A DNA stretch of 64,000 nucleotides from Patescibacteria group bacterium. Its GTDB lineage: Bacteria > Patescibacteriota > Patescibacteriia > UBA11705 > DATKZF01. A model generated the notes under the pieces. That model saw nothing but the letters and a program-made list of their open reading frames with translations. It ran no database searches and was not told the DNA's origin. Below are positions 39,890 to 49,734 of the stretch, piece after piece. The stretch is taken from the NCBI GenBank assembly GCA_049319825.1, contig JBMORT010000009.1, positions 67,349-131,348 on the forward strand. Direction: 5' to 3'. A program made the translations under genes and the position numbers. Within the stretch, counting starts at the first letter, position 1; every line of letters begins with the position of its first letter.

Positions 39890-40765
39890 ATGAAACATCG
39901 ACTTTTCATCATGCCGTTTGATCATCGGACGTCTCTGGTTCGGGATATAATCGGCCATGATAAAATAAATTCCAGGCAGCGTCGGCAAATAGAGAAATTG
40001 AAATTTTTAATTTACCAAGCTTTCTTAAAAGTTTATAATGCTTATTCCAATAAAAGCGAGCTGTCGGTTTTGGTTGACGAACAATTCGGCGCGCGCATCC
40101 TGCGAGACGCGAAAAAAAGAGGCATACAAATCTGTGTGCCCGTGGAAGCCAGCGGTGAAAAAGAATTAAAATTCGAATACGGCAATGCATTTGGTCGGCA
40201 CATAAATAAATTTGCGCCGGATTACGTCAAGGTGCTGGTAAATTACAATCCGTTAAATAGAAAAATAAATCAGCGCCAGAGAAATAAGCTTAACAGGCTA
40301 TCGGATTTTTGTCGAAAAAATAATTATCACCTGCTATTGGAATTGTTGGTGCCGCCGACGGCGAAAGATCTTGAAATTTCCGGAACATTGGCCGGTTATG
40401 AGTCCAAATTAAAGATCAAGAGAACCGTTGACGCGATAAATGAAATTAAAAAAGCGGCCAAACCGGCTATATGGAAAATGGAAGGATTTTCCCGCGCCGG
40501 CTGGCAGAAAGTATTGAAAGCGTTACCGAAAAATCAGGCGGTAATTGTTCTGGGACGCGGAGAAGATGAGCCCAAAGTAAAAAAATGGTTGATTGCCGCC
40601 AGCGGGTTTGCGCGGATCATCGGATTCGCCGTCGGCCGAACAATATTTTTAAAATCACTAAAAAAATATTATTCGGGCAAAATGACAGAAGAGAGCTTCA
40701 TCAATAGGTTGAGCTTAAAATTCGGATCTTTCATAAGATTATGGAAGAAAAATGATAATAATTAA
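39890..40765 (+). CDS. DUF2090 aldolase-like protein
   Basis: PFDHR, LVDEQFG, VKVLV.YNP, LLELL, WKMEG, VLGRG, GFAVGRTIF. Confidence 0.85.
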   Translation: MKHRLFIMPFDHRTSLVRDIIGHDKINSRQRRQIEKLKFLIYQAFLKVYNAYSNKSELSVLVDEQFGARILRDAKKRGIQICVPVEASGEKELKFEYGNAFGRHINKFAPDYVKVLVNYNPLNRKINQRQRNKLNRLSDFCRKNNYHLLLELLVPPTAKDLEISGTLAGYESKLKIKRTVDAINEIKKAAKPAIWKMEGFSRAGWQKVLKALPKNQAVIVLGRGEDEPKVKKWLIAASGFARIIGFAVGRTIFLKSLKKYYSGKMTEESFINRLSLKFGSFIRLWKKNDNN

Positions 40766-40777
40766 CTTACATAAATT

Positions 40778-41188
40778 ATGACAAAAAAAATTGTATCGCT
40801 GGCGATTGCCGTATCATGCGTCTTTCTTCTGGCCGCGTCATGTGAAGTGAGCACGGCCAATCTCTCCGACATCAAAATGTGCGACAACGCTCAGAGTTTG
40901 CAATGCGCGCAAGATGTAACCGAATTTACCACCACCACGCCGGTCATCTATTGCACCGCTGTCTTAAACAACGCGCCGGCAGGCACCACGGTTACCGCCA
41001 GTTGGTATTATTTGGACGAAGAGCTGGGTGGATTCATTGATTCAACGACGGTTGAATCGGAGGAAATGACTTCTGATTTACAGTTTTCTTTAACCAAACC
41101 GACCAATGATTGGCCAACCGGTCCGTATAAAGTCGAATTGCAAATCAACGGGCAGGGATTGGATATTAAAGAATTTTCCGTGAAATAA
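40778..41188 (+). CDS. lipoprotein with Ig-like domain
   Basis: Lipobox LAASC; WP.G.YKVEL.ING motif. Confidence 0.7.
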   Translation: MTKKIVSLAIAVSCVFLLAASCEVSTANLSDIKMCDNAQSLQCAQDVTEFTTTTPVIYCTAVLNNAPAGTTVTASWYYLDEELGGFIDSTTVESEEMTSDLQFSLTKPTNDWPTGPYKVELQINGQGLDIKEFSVK

Positions 41189-41213
41189 AGACTGATTGCG
41201 ATAGCCGCCATTT

Positions 41214-41247
41214 AAAGATTTTCGTCATTTGGACGAAAATCTTTTTA
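41214..41247 (+). terminator. intrinsic terminator
   Basis: aaagattttcgtc-atttg-gacgaaaatcttttt. Confidence 0.7.
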
Positions 41248-41416
41248 TCAAGCGAACAGCGAGCGCCGACAGCAATGTTATTTGGGTAATCAACCATTAT
41301 GACTGTCGCGCTGCATTTTTATTCCAGATGATGCAAAGCTAGGTTAAAAAATTGCATAATGTTTACTTTTTCGCTAAATTCGACTAATATTATTATGTCA
41401 TGCATTGTCATCAAAT

Positions 41417-42991
41417 ATGAAAAAAATCCTATTTATATTAATAATCGTCGCGGTTTTAATACTCGGCGGGTTCAGCCTGTTGACCGCCTTCGCCCAACCG
41501 ATCGAGCTGGAAAATCCCGTGGTTTTATTGACCGCGCCCTTGGGCGAGGTTTTTTATAGGATATCCGGTTTGTCGTATATTCCGGTCAGCGGTGAAATGA
41601 GGCTGGAAGCCGGGGATTGGGTTAAAACCAACCGCAATTCGAACGTTAAGATTGTTTTTTTCGACAGTCAGGAATTGGAGCTGGATCAAAACACCGAAAT
41701 TCAGATAACCGAAGCGCTGATCGATCAGCACTCGCCGTTTCTCACCAAAGTAAAAGTCAAGCTGACCGAGGGCCAAGTTTGGTCAAGAGTGCTTGAGCTG
41801 CTTCATCCGGACAGTTCATATCAAGTGGAAGCGGAAAACGTGGTGGCCACGGTGCGCGGCACATCGTTTAATATGAAAAACAGCGGCGGCGCGGTTAATG
41901 TTGATGTCTTTGAGAATGCCGTTTATCTTGGGGACGGTGAGCAACAGGTTACAGTGAATGAAAATCAAACAGCGTCGTATGATGATGTCAAAATTAGCGA
42001 TGAGCCAGCGGCGAAAGCAGCGCGCCGGCAACGCCAGCTTATCATTAAGCAAATCGATCCGAATCAAAGAGAAAATTATTGGGTAAAAAATAATTTAGAG
42101 AAAAATGCGTTGTTTAGGCAAAATTTAATTGATAAAAGAAAGAAAATACTCAGTCAAGTCCGACTGCCCGGTGATAAATTTTATAACATTAAACTGCTGG
42201 GCGAAAAACTTTCTTTGTTAACCGCCATGAATCCGGCCAAAAGGCAGGATATTAAGAATCGCATCTCGCTCGAGCGAATGCTGGAGGCGGAAAAGCTGCT
42301 TGATCAAAATAAAAAAACGGAAGCGCTTCGAATTTTAGATAATCTGGGCCCGGCTGCCGCGGCTTATCAAATTCAGCGTCTGCGCGCCATTGATCCCGAT
42401 TTTTTGACTAAATTTTCATCGGACGCGGAACTGCAGGATATTTATCGCGCCCACGTTTTTGGCGAGGGCGCGGTGCAATCATTGCTCGATCGCTGGCAAA
42501 GCATCAATCAGCGCTTATTGACCGCCGTTAGCTCCCAGCCGCTGTCCGACGAGGCGTCGGCATTGATAAACAAGGAATCGAATCAGCTCAAACAAGAGAT
42601 AAACGGCTTAACTCAGCGAGCCAAGGACGCGCTGATAGATTTGAATAGTTTTGATATCGGCGCCACCTTTCCCAGCCAGGATCAAACCGATAAATTTTTG
42701 GCTGATAATCAGCAAAGCAGAAAGCGAATTTTTAAAATTTTGGAAGATCTTGATGCGTTGGAGATTGAAAGAGAATACATTCAGCGACAAGCACTGGCAA
42801 TGGTCGGCTCGCCATCGGAGTCGTTCGCGAAAGAATTATTGGAACGCTGGGCATTGCTGCAGGCCGGTTTTTCAGCGGTACAAAAAGAATTATCTGCGGT
42901 TGAGGCCAAAATTTCCGATATTTCGGTGAATTTGATTGTTCCGGCCACGCCCGATAGCGAAATCAATTTATTAAACATAACTCCGGATTAA
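41417..42991 (+). CDS. FecR-domain protein with long helical C-terminus
   Basis: N-terminal TM, L..GD.VKT, L..NTEI, L..GQVW, ATVRGTSF. Confidence 0.8.
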   Translation: MKKILFILIIVAVLILGGFSLLTAFAQPIELENPVVLLTAPLGEVFYRISGLSYIPVSGEMRLEAGDWVKTNRNSNVKIVFFDSQELELDQNTEIQITEALIDQHSPFLTKVKVKLTEGQVWSRVLELLHPDSSYQVEAENVVATVRGTSFNMKNSGGAVNVDVFENAVYLGDGEQQVTVNENQTASYDDVKISDEPAAKAARRQRQLIIKQIDPNQRENYWVKNNLEKNALFRQNLIDKRKKILSQVRLPGDKFYNIKLLGEKLSLLTAMNPAKRQDIKNRISLERMLEAEKLLDQNKKTEALRILDNLGPAAAAYQIQRLRAIDPDFLTKFSSDAELQDIYRAHVFGEGAVQSLLDRWQSINQRLLTAVSSQPLSDEASALINKESNQLKQEINGLTQRAKDALIDLNSFDIGATFPSQDQTDKFLADNQQSRKRIFKILEDLDALEIEREYIQRQALAMVGSPSESFAKELLERWALLQAGFSAVQKELSAVEAKISDISVNLIVPATPDSEINLLNITPD

Positions 42992-44976
42992 TGGGTAAAA
43001 ACATGGCAAAAATTTCGGCGATATTTTTGGCAATACTGGGAGGTATTGCTTTTGTTTATTTTTTATTTCATTTTCGGTTTTTCTGGCTCTTTGACCGCCA
43101 GCTGACGGATAAGCTGTTTATTTCGGAAAAAATTTCCAATCAAGTGGTGATTATCGGCATTGATGATCACAGCATCGAGGAATTAGGCCAATGGCCTTTC
43201 AGCCGGCGGCAGCACGCTCGGCTAATTGAAAAATTGGAGCGCGGCGGCGCCCTGGCCATTGGCTATGATGTCACGTTCAGCGAACGCAGCGCCGATGATC
43301 AGCTTTTGTTTTCGACAATTTTTAATTATGATAATTTGGTGTTTCCGATGGAAGGAACAATCAGAGTCCGCGAGGGTGATGTCCCGGTGTTTAAGAAAAC
43401 GCTATGGCCGATCGCGGAAATTAAAGATAAATTCAGGATCGGCCATACGGTGCTGGTGCCGGATTTGGATGGCATTGTGCGCCAAGCGCCTTTTTATATT
43501 GCCGAAAACGGCAGCAAAGTCCCGCCGTTTTTTATTCAGGTAATCAAGCAGGCCGGACAATGGTCGGGGATCGAAGGCGTTAATCCTTATCAATATCAAT
43601 ACAGCGATTTGGGGTTGTTCCGAATATTTTTTTTCGGACCCAAACAAACTTTCCGCACGTACTCGTTTGCTAGCGTGCTTGAAAATGATTTTAATCTTGA
43701 TCTGGTTAAGGACAAAATTGTGCTGGTCGGCGCGACCGCCAAAAATCTTCATGACGAGTATTTTGTCCCGCCGTCAAACGGCACGGCCATGCCGGGCGTG
43801 GAAATTCAGGCGAATTTGATCGAGGGATATCGTCAAAATCGATTTTTAAAAAATATTGGAAATGAAGCCGATTATTTTTTGCATCTGCTGATGCTCGGTT
43901 TGATTTTCGGCATCCTGCTGAATTTATCGCGGCCGCGCTATATCGCTTTGTGGCTGTCCGGCGCAATGCTTGTCTATTTGCTGATGGTGGCCTGGCTGTT
44001 TTCCATCGGCTATATCGTGCCGGTTTTTTATCCGCTGCTATTAATGATAATAATAGCGGTTTTTAATCTGATTGTTCGTTATTTTTTTGAGATCCGCGAA
44101 AAGAATAAAATTCGGCAGGGATTTTCGCAATACGTGGCCAAAGAGGTGGTCGATCAGCTGATTAAAAATCCGGAAAAGCTAAACCTTGGCGGTGAACGAA
44201 AAAAGCTGACTGTTTTATTTTCTGACATCAGATCATTTACCTCACTTGCCGAATCGATGCCGCCGGAAAGGTTGGTGGACTTGCTAAATGACTATTTGTC
44301 GGCGATGGGCGAAGCGGTGATTGAAAATAACGGAGTTATTGACAAATTCATTGGAGACGCTATCATGGCTTTCTGGGGAGCGCCGCTTGATAATCCTCGG
44401 CAAGAAACAGACGCGCTCAGAACAGCCCTTTACATGGCCGAGCGGCTGAAGGTTTTTAACGAAAAAAACGCCGGTCTTGGCCGGCCGGAATTAAAGATCG
44501 GTATTGGCATAAACACCGGCGATGTGATTGTCGGCAATATCGGCTCTAAAAAAAGATTTGATTACACGGCTATCGGCGATGAAGTGAATTTGGCGTCGCG
44601 GCTGGAAAGCCTGACTAAATTTTACGGTGTTCAAATTATTGCCTCGGCCAAGACCAAACAGATGGTTGACGCCGAATTTCTATGGCGATATTTGGATACG
44701 GTGGCGGTGGCCGGGAAAAGTGAAGGCGTAAAAATTTATCAATTAATGGGGGTTAATAGGCAGAATGATCGGCGCGTCCAATTTATTAGAACTTTTGAAC
44801 GGGCGGCCAATATTTATCTGGGAGGCCGATTTTTAGAGGCCAGCTATGTTTTTGAAGGAATAATTAAAGAGTATCCCGATGATCAGCCGACCGCAATTTA
44901 TCTGGAGCGCATCGACCAATATTTAAAAAATCCGCCTAATGATTTTGACGGCGTATTCAGGGCAGGATTTAAATAA
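42991..44976 (+). CDS. CHASE2-domain class III adenylate/guanylate cyclase
   Basis: IGIDD.SI..LGQWP, D.DG.VR, KIVLVG, PGVEI.AN; FSDIRSFT, DKFIGDA, GD.VNLASRLE. Confidence 0.92.
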   Translation: MGKNMAKISAIFLAILGGIAFVYFLFHFRFFWLFDRQLTDKLFISEKISNQVVIIGIDDHSIEELGQWPFSRRQHARLIEKLERGGALAIGYDVTFSERSADDQLLFSTIFNYDNLVFPMEGTIRVREGDVPVFKKTLWPIAEIKDKFRIGHTVLVPDLDGIVRQAPFYIAENGSKVPPFFIQVIKQAGQWSGIEGVNPYQYQYSDLGLFRIFFFGPKQTFRTYSFASVLENDFNLDLVKDKIVLVGATAKNLHDEYFVPPSNGTAMPGVEIQANLIEGYRQNRFLKNIGNEADYFLHLLMLGLIFGILLNLSRPRYIALWLSGAMLVYLLMVAWLFSIGYIVPVFYPLLLMIIIAVFNLIVRYFFEIREKNKIRQGFSQYVAKEVVDQLIKNPEKLNLGGERKKLTVLFSDIRSFTSLAESMPPERLVDLLNDYLSAMGEAVIENNGVIDKFIGDAIMAFWGAPLDNPRQETDALRTALYMAERLKVFNEKNAGLGRPELKIGIGINTGDVIVGNIGSKKRFDYTAIGDEVNLASRLESLTKFYGVQIIASAKTKQMVDAEFLWRYLDTVAVAGKSEGVKIYQLMGVNRQNDRRVQFIRTFERAANIYLGGRFLEASYVFEGIIKEYPDDQPTAIYLERIDQYLKNPPNDFDGVFRAGFK

Positions 44977-45054
44977 CACAGGCTAGACATGGTGTTTAAA
45001 TCGAGTGTATAATTATTTTTATATAGGCGACCGTTGACAAAAGGAGGCTGCCCA

Positions 45055-45798
45055 ATGGGGGATCGCGGATCAAATGGCGTTTTTCCCAGTGAAAAATGGA
45101 GAATCGTGCGGGATATTTGGACCAGCGCGCAGGTGAAGCTGCCCAAGGTGATGCGCTGGAAGAAATATTTTGACCATTTCGGCGATATTCGACGGCAGGA
45201 TTGCCTTCAGCATTCCTATGCCATCGGTTTTATCGCCGACGCGGCTATTTTAATGCTGGCGCCGTTCATCAGGCTTGATTCGCATTTGCTTTTGACCGCG
45301 TTTCAGGTGCATGACATCGGCGAAGGAGAGCTGGGTCGAGACGTGGTGCTGAGCCTTAAAAACAAATATGCCGACGATGATTTGAACGAATACTTGGCTT
45401 TCATCGAACGCTATCGATCGTTACCGACAGCTGTTTTTGATCATTATAATCGGGCTTTTTTGCTGCAGTATTGTTTAGAGCTGGATAAGCATCAAGGTTT
45501 CCCCATCGAGGCGCAGTGCGTGATGGCGGAATTGGCGGAAACGAAAAGATACGAAGCCTTGGCCTTTCACGCCATTGAAATTTGGGATTATTTGCTTTAC
45601 GCGTTGGAGCAATATCAAACAGTGGAAAATGGGTACATTTTGCATATCGTTATTTCCGGCCATTTCGATCAATACGAAAAGTTGTGTTTGGAATTGCCCG
45701 GGTTCGAACATGTTTTTTGGACCGCGGATGTCAGGGCTTGGTGCCTGCGTTTTCTGCGCGAACACCCCCCGTGTCCTTGCGGCGGTTATCTGAGCTGA
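45055..45798 (+). CDS. HD-domain protein (YfbR-like)
   Basis: RW, QHS, VHDIGE, D; AAGGAGG SD. Confidence 0.7.
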   Translation: MGDRGSNGVFPSEKWRIVRDIWTSAQVKLPKVMRWKKYFDHFGDIRRQDCLQHSYAIGFIADAAILMLAPFIRLDSHLLLTAFQVHDIGEGELGRDVVLSLKNKYADDDLNEYLAFIERYRSLPTAVFDHYNRAFLLQYCLELDKHQGFPIEAQCVMAELAETKRYEALAFHAIEIWDYLLYALEQYQTVENGYILHIVISGHFDQYEKLCLELPGFEHVFWTADVRAWCLRFLREHPPCPCGGYLS

Positions 45799-45902
45799 AT
45801 TCATAGATTCAGCTTTTTTATTAAAAAAAATATCGAGAGACTCTGGGTAATTTCCGGCGTGGCCGCAGTAAAAGAAAACCGGTAGCGTGCGCCGGTTTAT
45901 GT

Positions 45903-46154
45903 TTAAATGATTGTCTGCCCCAAGTACCATTGAATTTTTTGGCTGAATTTCATTCGAAAATCTGTGTATAAAAGATTCATCTCTGAAAAATTTTCGCAGA
46001 TGAAAAGTGTTTCCCCAAGGCCGAAATCCACGCCGCAAACCACGCTGTCGCCATTGGAAAGATGTGGAAAATAAAGCGGTTTGTTTTCCGGAAATGTCAG
46101 CGGTGTTAATGTCAGCACGGCAATTAAATCTTTTTTCAGCCCAGCCTTTTTCAT
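45903..46154 (-). CDS. hypothetical protein
   Basis: GGAGGT SD and TCGACA-N17-TAAAAT promoter. Confidence 0.55.
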   Translation of the reverse strand: MKKAGLKKDLIAVLTLTPLTFPENKPLYFPHLSNGDSVVCGVDFGLGETLFICENFSEMNLLYTDFRMKFSQKIQWYLGQTII

Positions 46155-46292
46155 GCCACCTCCAGCAGAATCACATTATCAATTTTACAAAAAATATTTG
46201 CGTTTGTCGACGGAAATATTAATTGTTTAGTGATAATTCGCTTTTTAAGGCTAAATTATGTTATGATGAAATAAGTTGATTAATTCTATCAT

Positions 46293-47069
46293 ATGCAAAA
46301 AATTCACATTTCCGGTTCGGAAAATGACCGGATAAAACAATTAAAAAAATTAAATCAAAAAAAATTTCGTCAGAAATCCGGGATGTTTTTTATAGAAAAT
46401 TTAAAAACAGCGCATGACGCGGCCAAATCCGGCATTTTACCGATCCAAATTTTTGTGACCGAGGAATTTGAAGAAAGAAATAAAAAAGAAGTTGATTTTA
46501 TTTTAAAAAAATCTGGGGTCAAAGAAATATACGCGATGTCCCCAAAGGTGAACCGTAAATTTTCCAATTTGGACACGCCGGCCGGATTCGCGGCCGTTTA
46601 TAAAAATTTGAATGCGGTTATCAATTTATCAAAACCGGTAATTTATCTGAACGCCATCAGTGATCCGGGCAATTTGGGCACAATGCTGCGGTCGGCTTTG
46701 GCGTTCGGCATCGACAACGTGGTTTTGGATGAAGAATGCGCTGATTTGTATAATTTTAAGACATTGAGCGCGGCCAAAGACTCTTTTTTCAAATTGCGAA
46801 TTGAATATGATCATGGCGCCAAATTGCTGAAAGTCATCAAAAAGCAAATGCCTGTTTACGCCACAAAAAAATCAGGCGGCCAAAGCCCGGATTTCCTTCG
46901 AAAGCAAAAAAAAATCGCGATTATTTTAGGAAATGAATCGCTCGGAGTCGATAAAAATTTATTGAAAATGGCCGATGGCTTCATTACCATAAAAACCAGC
47001 GGACGAGTGGAGTCGCTTAACGTCGCCGCGGCGGCAGCCATTATTTTTTATGAGATTTTCCAATCATAG
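46293..47069 (+). CDS. TrmH/SpoU-family RNA methyltransferase
   Basis: DPGNLGTMLRSA, LGNESLG, ESLNVA. Confidence 0.92.
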   Translation: MQKIHISGSENDRIKQLKKLNQKKFRQKSGMFFIENLKTAHDAAKSGILPIQIFVTEEFEERNKKEVDFILKKSGVKEIYAMSPKVNRKFSNLDTPAGFAAVYKNLNAVINLSKPVIYLNAISDPGNLGTMLRSALAFGIDNVVLDEECADLYNFKTLSAAKDSFFKLRIEYDHGAKLLKVIKKQMPVYATKKSGGQSPDFLRKQKKIAIILGNESLGVDKNLLKMADGFITIKTSGRVESLNVAAAAAIIFYEIFQS

Positions 47070-47070
47070 C

Positions 47071-48012
47071 GTGTTAATCGATTTTTGGCGTTACATTAAA
47101 AAACCGGCATATCAGTGTCGGCCAGTCGCCAAAGGCGCCAGGCGCGCGATTTGGGATGTTTTACGGTTATGGTCTTTATTGTTAGTGATATCCATGCTGG
47201 TTGGGGCGATTGTCACTGTTTTATTAATGGCGGCCGGATATAGTGAAGAAAATCACGCGGTAGTGGATTTAATGATCAATCAGCCGATTTATGTTTTAGT
47301 GCTATTGGCGATAATCTGGGCGCCACTGGCCGAGGAATTGACTTTTCGACTGCCGCTGAAATATTCGCCGTTTCGATTCGGTTTTGGGCTGGCATTTATT
47401 GTCGTACTGGTTATCAATCTACTGGCGATAATTTGGCCGCCGGTTACGGATTTGATCCCTTGGCTTTATCCCGATTCAAGAATAGTCGATTTGCTGATCG
47501 GCGTTGGCATAATCGCCGTGATCGGCTGCACCGTCGGCTGGATACTCAAGAAAAAAACGTCAATGAACGCCTTTAACGACTTCTATTCGAACAAATTCAT
47601 TTGGTTGTTTTATGGCAGCGCCTTGATATTTGGCGTGCTGCATCTGGCTAACTACGCCCGACTGGACCAAATCTGGTATCTGACGCCGCTGCTGATATTT
47701 CCGCAAGTGATGCTGGGATTGGTGCTGGGATACGTGCGCATGAGATATGGCTTGGGGTGGGCAATGCTGAATCATCTCATCCATAATGCTTTATTGGTCA
47801 TTCCGGCTGTTTTGTTCAGCATGTTATCGGCGGATTTGGTTAAAAGCCTTGAATACGGTGAGACCGTTGATTTGGGAAATATCGCGGGCCATGATCTGGC
47901 GATATTATCGCTGATTGGCTGGGGGGCGATGGTTTCTGGAATTATCGTATTGATTCTATTGATAAATTTGATTTGGGAGGCAAGCAGGGAAGCCAGGAAA
48001 ATTAAAAGTTAA
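47071..48012 (+). CDS. CPBP (CAAX/Abi) intramembrane metalloprotease
   Basis: APLAEELTFR, FGVLH, H...N. Confidence 0.85.
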   Translation: MLIDFWRYIKKPAYQCRPVAKGARRAIWDVLRLWSLLLVISMLVGAIVTVLLMAAGYSEENHAVVDLMINQPIYVLVLLAIIWAPLAEELTFRLPLKYSPFRFGFGLAFIVVLVINLLAIIWPPVTDLIPWLYPDSRIVDLLIGVGIIAVIGCTVGWILKKKTSMNAFNDFYSNKFIWLFYGSALIFGVLHLANYARLDQIWYLTPLLIFPQVMLGLVLGYVRMRYGLGWAMLNHLIHNALLVIPAVLFSMLSADLVKSLEYGETVDLGNIAGHDLAILSLIGWGAMVSGIIVLILLINLIWEASREARKIKS

Positions 48013-48068
48013 TCAAGTTTTTATTTAATGGTGTATTAAAAAATCCCCATTAGGGGATTTTTTATATC

Positions 48069-48230
48069 TTAGAATCTTTTCGGTTTGCTTTTTTTGTAGC
48101 ACTCTTTGCAAAAAAGCGGACGAGTGCCATCTGGCTGAAACGGAAGCTCGGTAATTTTTGCTCCGCATTCCGAGCACTCCCAGTCTCCCTGGTACATTTG
48201 ACGTGAACCAAAATCATTTTGGTCTGCCAT
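48069..48230 (-). CDS. CxxC-x17-CxxC zinc-ribbon protein (53 aa, absent from ORF track)
   Basis: MADQNDFGSRQMYQGDWECSECGAKITELPFQPDGTRPLFCKECYKKSKPKRF. Confidence 0.85.
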   Translation of the reverse strand: MADQNDFGSRQMYQGDWECSECGAKITELPFQPDGTRPLFCKECYKKSKPKRF

Positions 48231-48419
48231 GTGGTTGTTGTTTTGATAAACTTAGCGATAAATACGACTTAATGAAAGTTAATTTGATTGTAAGTTCTAC
48301 AAAACTTTTAATTGTTATGAATTCATTTTAGCGCATTAAAGCGATTTTGTCAATATGTTGACTATTTTTAGCATCTTTGATATGATTTGTTAAGTCTAAT
48401 GGCGAAAAATGGAGGAAGC

Positions 48420-48740
48420 ATGAACTTTAGCGCGGAAGAGACCGGGTTTATAAGAGCCAGCGGATTGGCGTGCGATGGCACGGCACAGTCACTTATTGCC
48501 AATTATGGCAGAACAATAGTGTTTGTCGCTCGACCCGGTGATGCGTTTATTATCATTGGCATAATCACCGGAGTGGAAGTTCGCATTGGACACGGTTTGC
48601 CGAAAATTCGTCTGGAGATCAGCAATAAAGAGCTTGCGGGAAATCAGATCAAATGTCTGGAGTATCAAAGCGGCCCAAATTGGCTGCTGGTCGGTGAATA
48701 CACGTATTACATCCCCGGAATGCTATCGATATCTTTTTAA
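48420..48740 (+). CDS. hypothetical protein
   Basis: TTGACT-N17-TATGAT promoter, GGAGG SD. Confidence 0.55.
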   Translation: MNFSAEETGFIRASGLACDGTAQSLIANYGRTIVFVARPGDAFIIIGIITGVEVRIGHGLPKIRLEISNKELAGNQIKCLEYQSGPNWLLVGEYTYYIPGMLSISF

Positions 48741-48865
48741 ACCAAAGCAATGCTTTGGTTTTTTGTCGGCAGATTGTTGATGATAATTTTATATAAATTT
48801 TATATATTTTTTATAAAATATGTTATAATATAAATCATATAAATATCGTTACAAAGGAGGGTGTA

Positions 48866-49675
48866 ATGACTGGGGCCAGGAAAGTGCCGTTTGCGCACCA
48901 AGACACCCAGCCTCCGGAAGAAATTTCAGCAGCGGCAGTGGAGGCTGGTGTGCGACACCGATCATCGAGACTTCTTGTTTTGGGACAAATCGCCTTTGAA
49001 GTGGCACATCAGCTCAATAATTGTCTCACCGGAATTTGTGGCGGCTTATATTGTTTGGAATCGGAAGCGGCAGATCCGCTTCTCAGGCAAGAATTGCGAT
49101 TTCTCAAGGAATCGGCTGAGAGAGCAATCAATTTGACTCAGGGAATCAATGAATTTGGACGGAAAAAAACGCAAACGTCAAAGCTGATTGACGTAAATGC
49201 GGTGATTTCCGATGTGATCAGATTTTTCCGGCAAATTTTCGCTGAATCAATAATGCTGAGCTATACGGTTGATGGCCAATTCACCATTTGGGCTGATCAA
49301 TGCCAGATCTTTGAAATGATGCTGAATATTTTGATCAACGCCTATGACGCTGTCCGGAATAATCAGGAAAAAAACAGGCAAATTTCGATTCATGTCAGCG
49401 CTTTGAGGCTGGAAAGAGGTTTGATTAATTCTCCCCGCAGTCGCGAAGGCAATTTTGTGAAAATTGCCATCTCGGATAATGGTTGCGGAATTTCAAAGGA
49501 AGATTTGCCTAAAATATTCGACGCATATTTTACCACCAAGGGAGATTTTGGTAGCGGGCTTGGCCTCAAAATCGTCAAAGAAATTATCGAGACTCATCAT
49601 GGCTGGATTGATGCGGAGAGCGATCCTGATGAGGGAACCACTTTTTCCGTGTTTTTCCCTGCGGAAATTCGATGA
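48866..49675 (+). CDS. sensor-less histidine kinase (HisKA + HATPase_c)
   Basis: VAHQLNN H-box, NILINAYDA, DNGCGI, FTTK, GSGLGL; AAGGAGG SD. Confidence 0.85.
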   Translation: MTGARKVPFAHQDTQPPEEISAAAVEAGVRHRSSRLLVLGQIAFEVAHQLNNCLTGICGGLYCLESEAADPLLRQELRFLKESAERAINLTQGINEFGRKKTQTSKLIDVNAVISDVIRFFRQIFAESIMLSYTVDGQFTIWADQCQIFEMMLNILINAYDAVRNNQEKNRQISIHVSALRLERGLINSPRSREGNFVKIAISDNGCGISKEDLPKIFDAYFTTKGDFGSGLGLKIVKEIIETHHGWIDAESDPDEGTTFSVFFPAEIR

Positions 49676-49734
49676 AAGGTGTTTATTCAATAAACACCTT
49701 TTATATTTGGGTCAATATGCTAATATTTAAAGAT

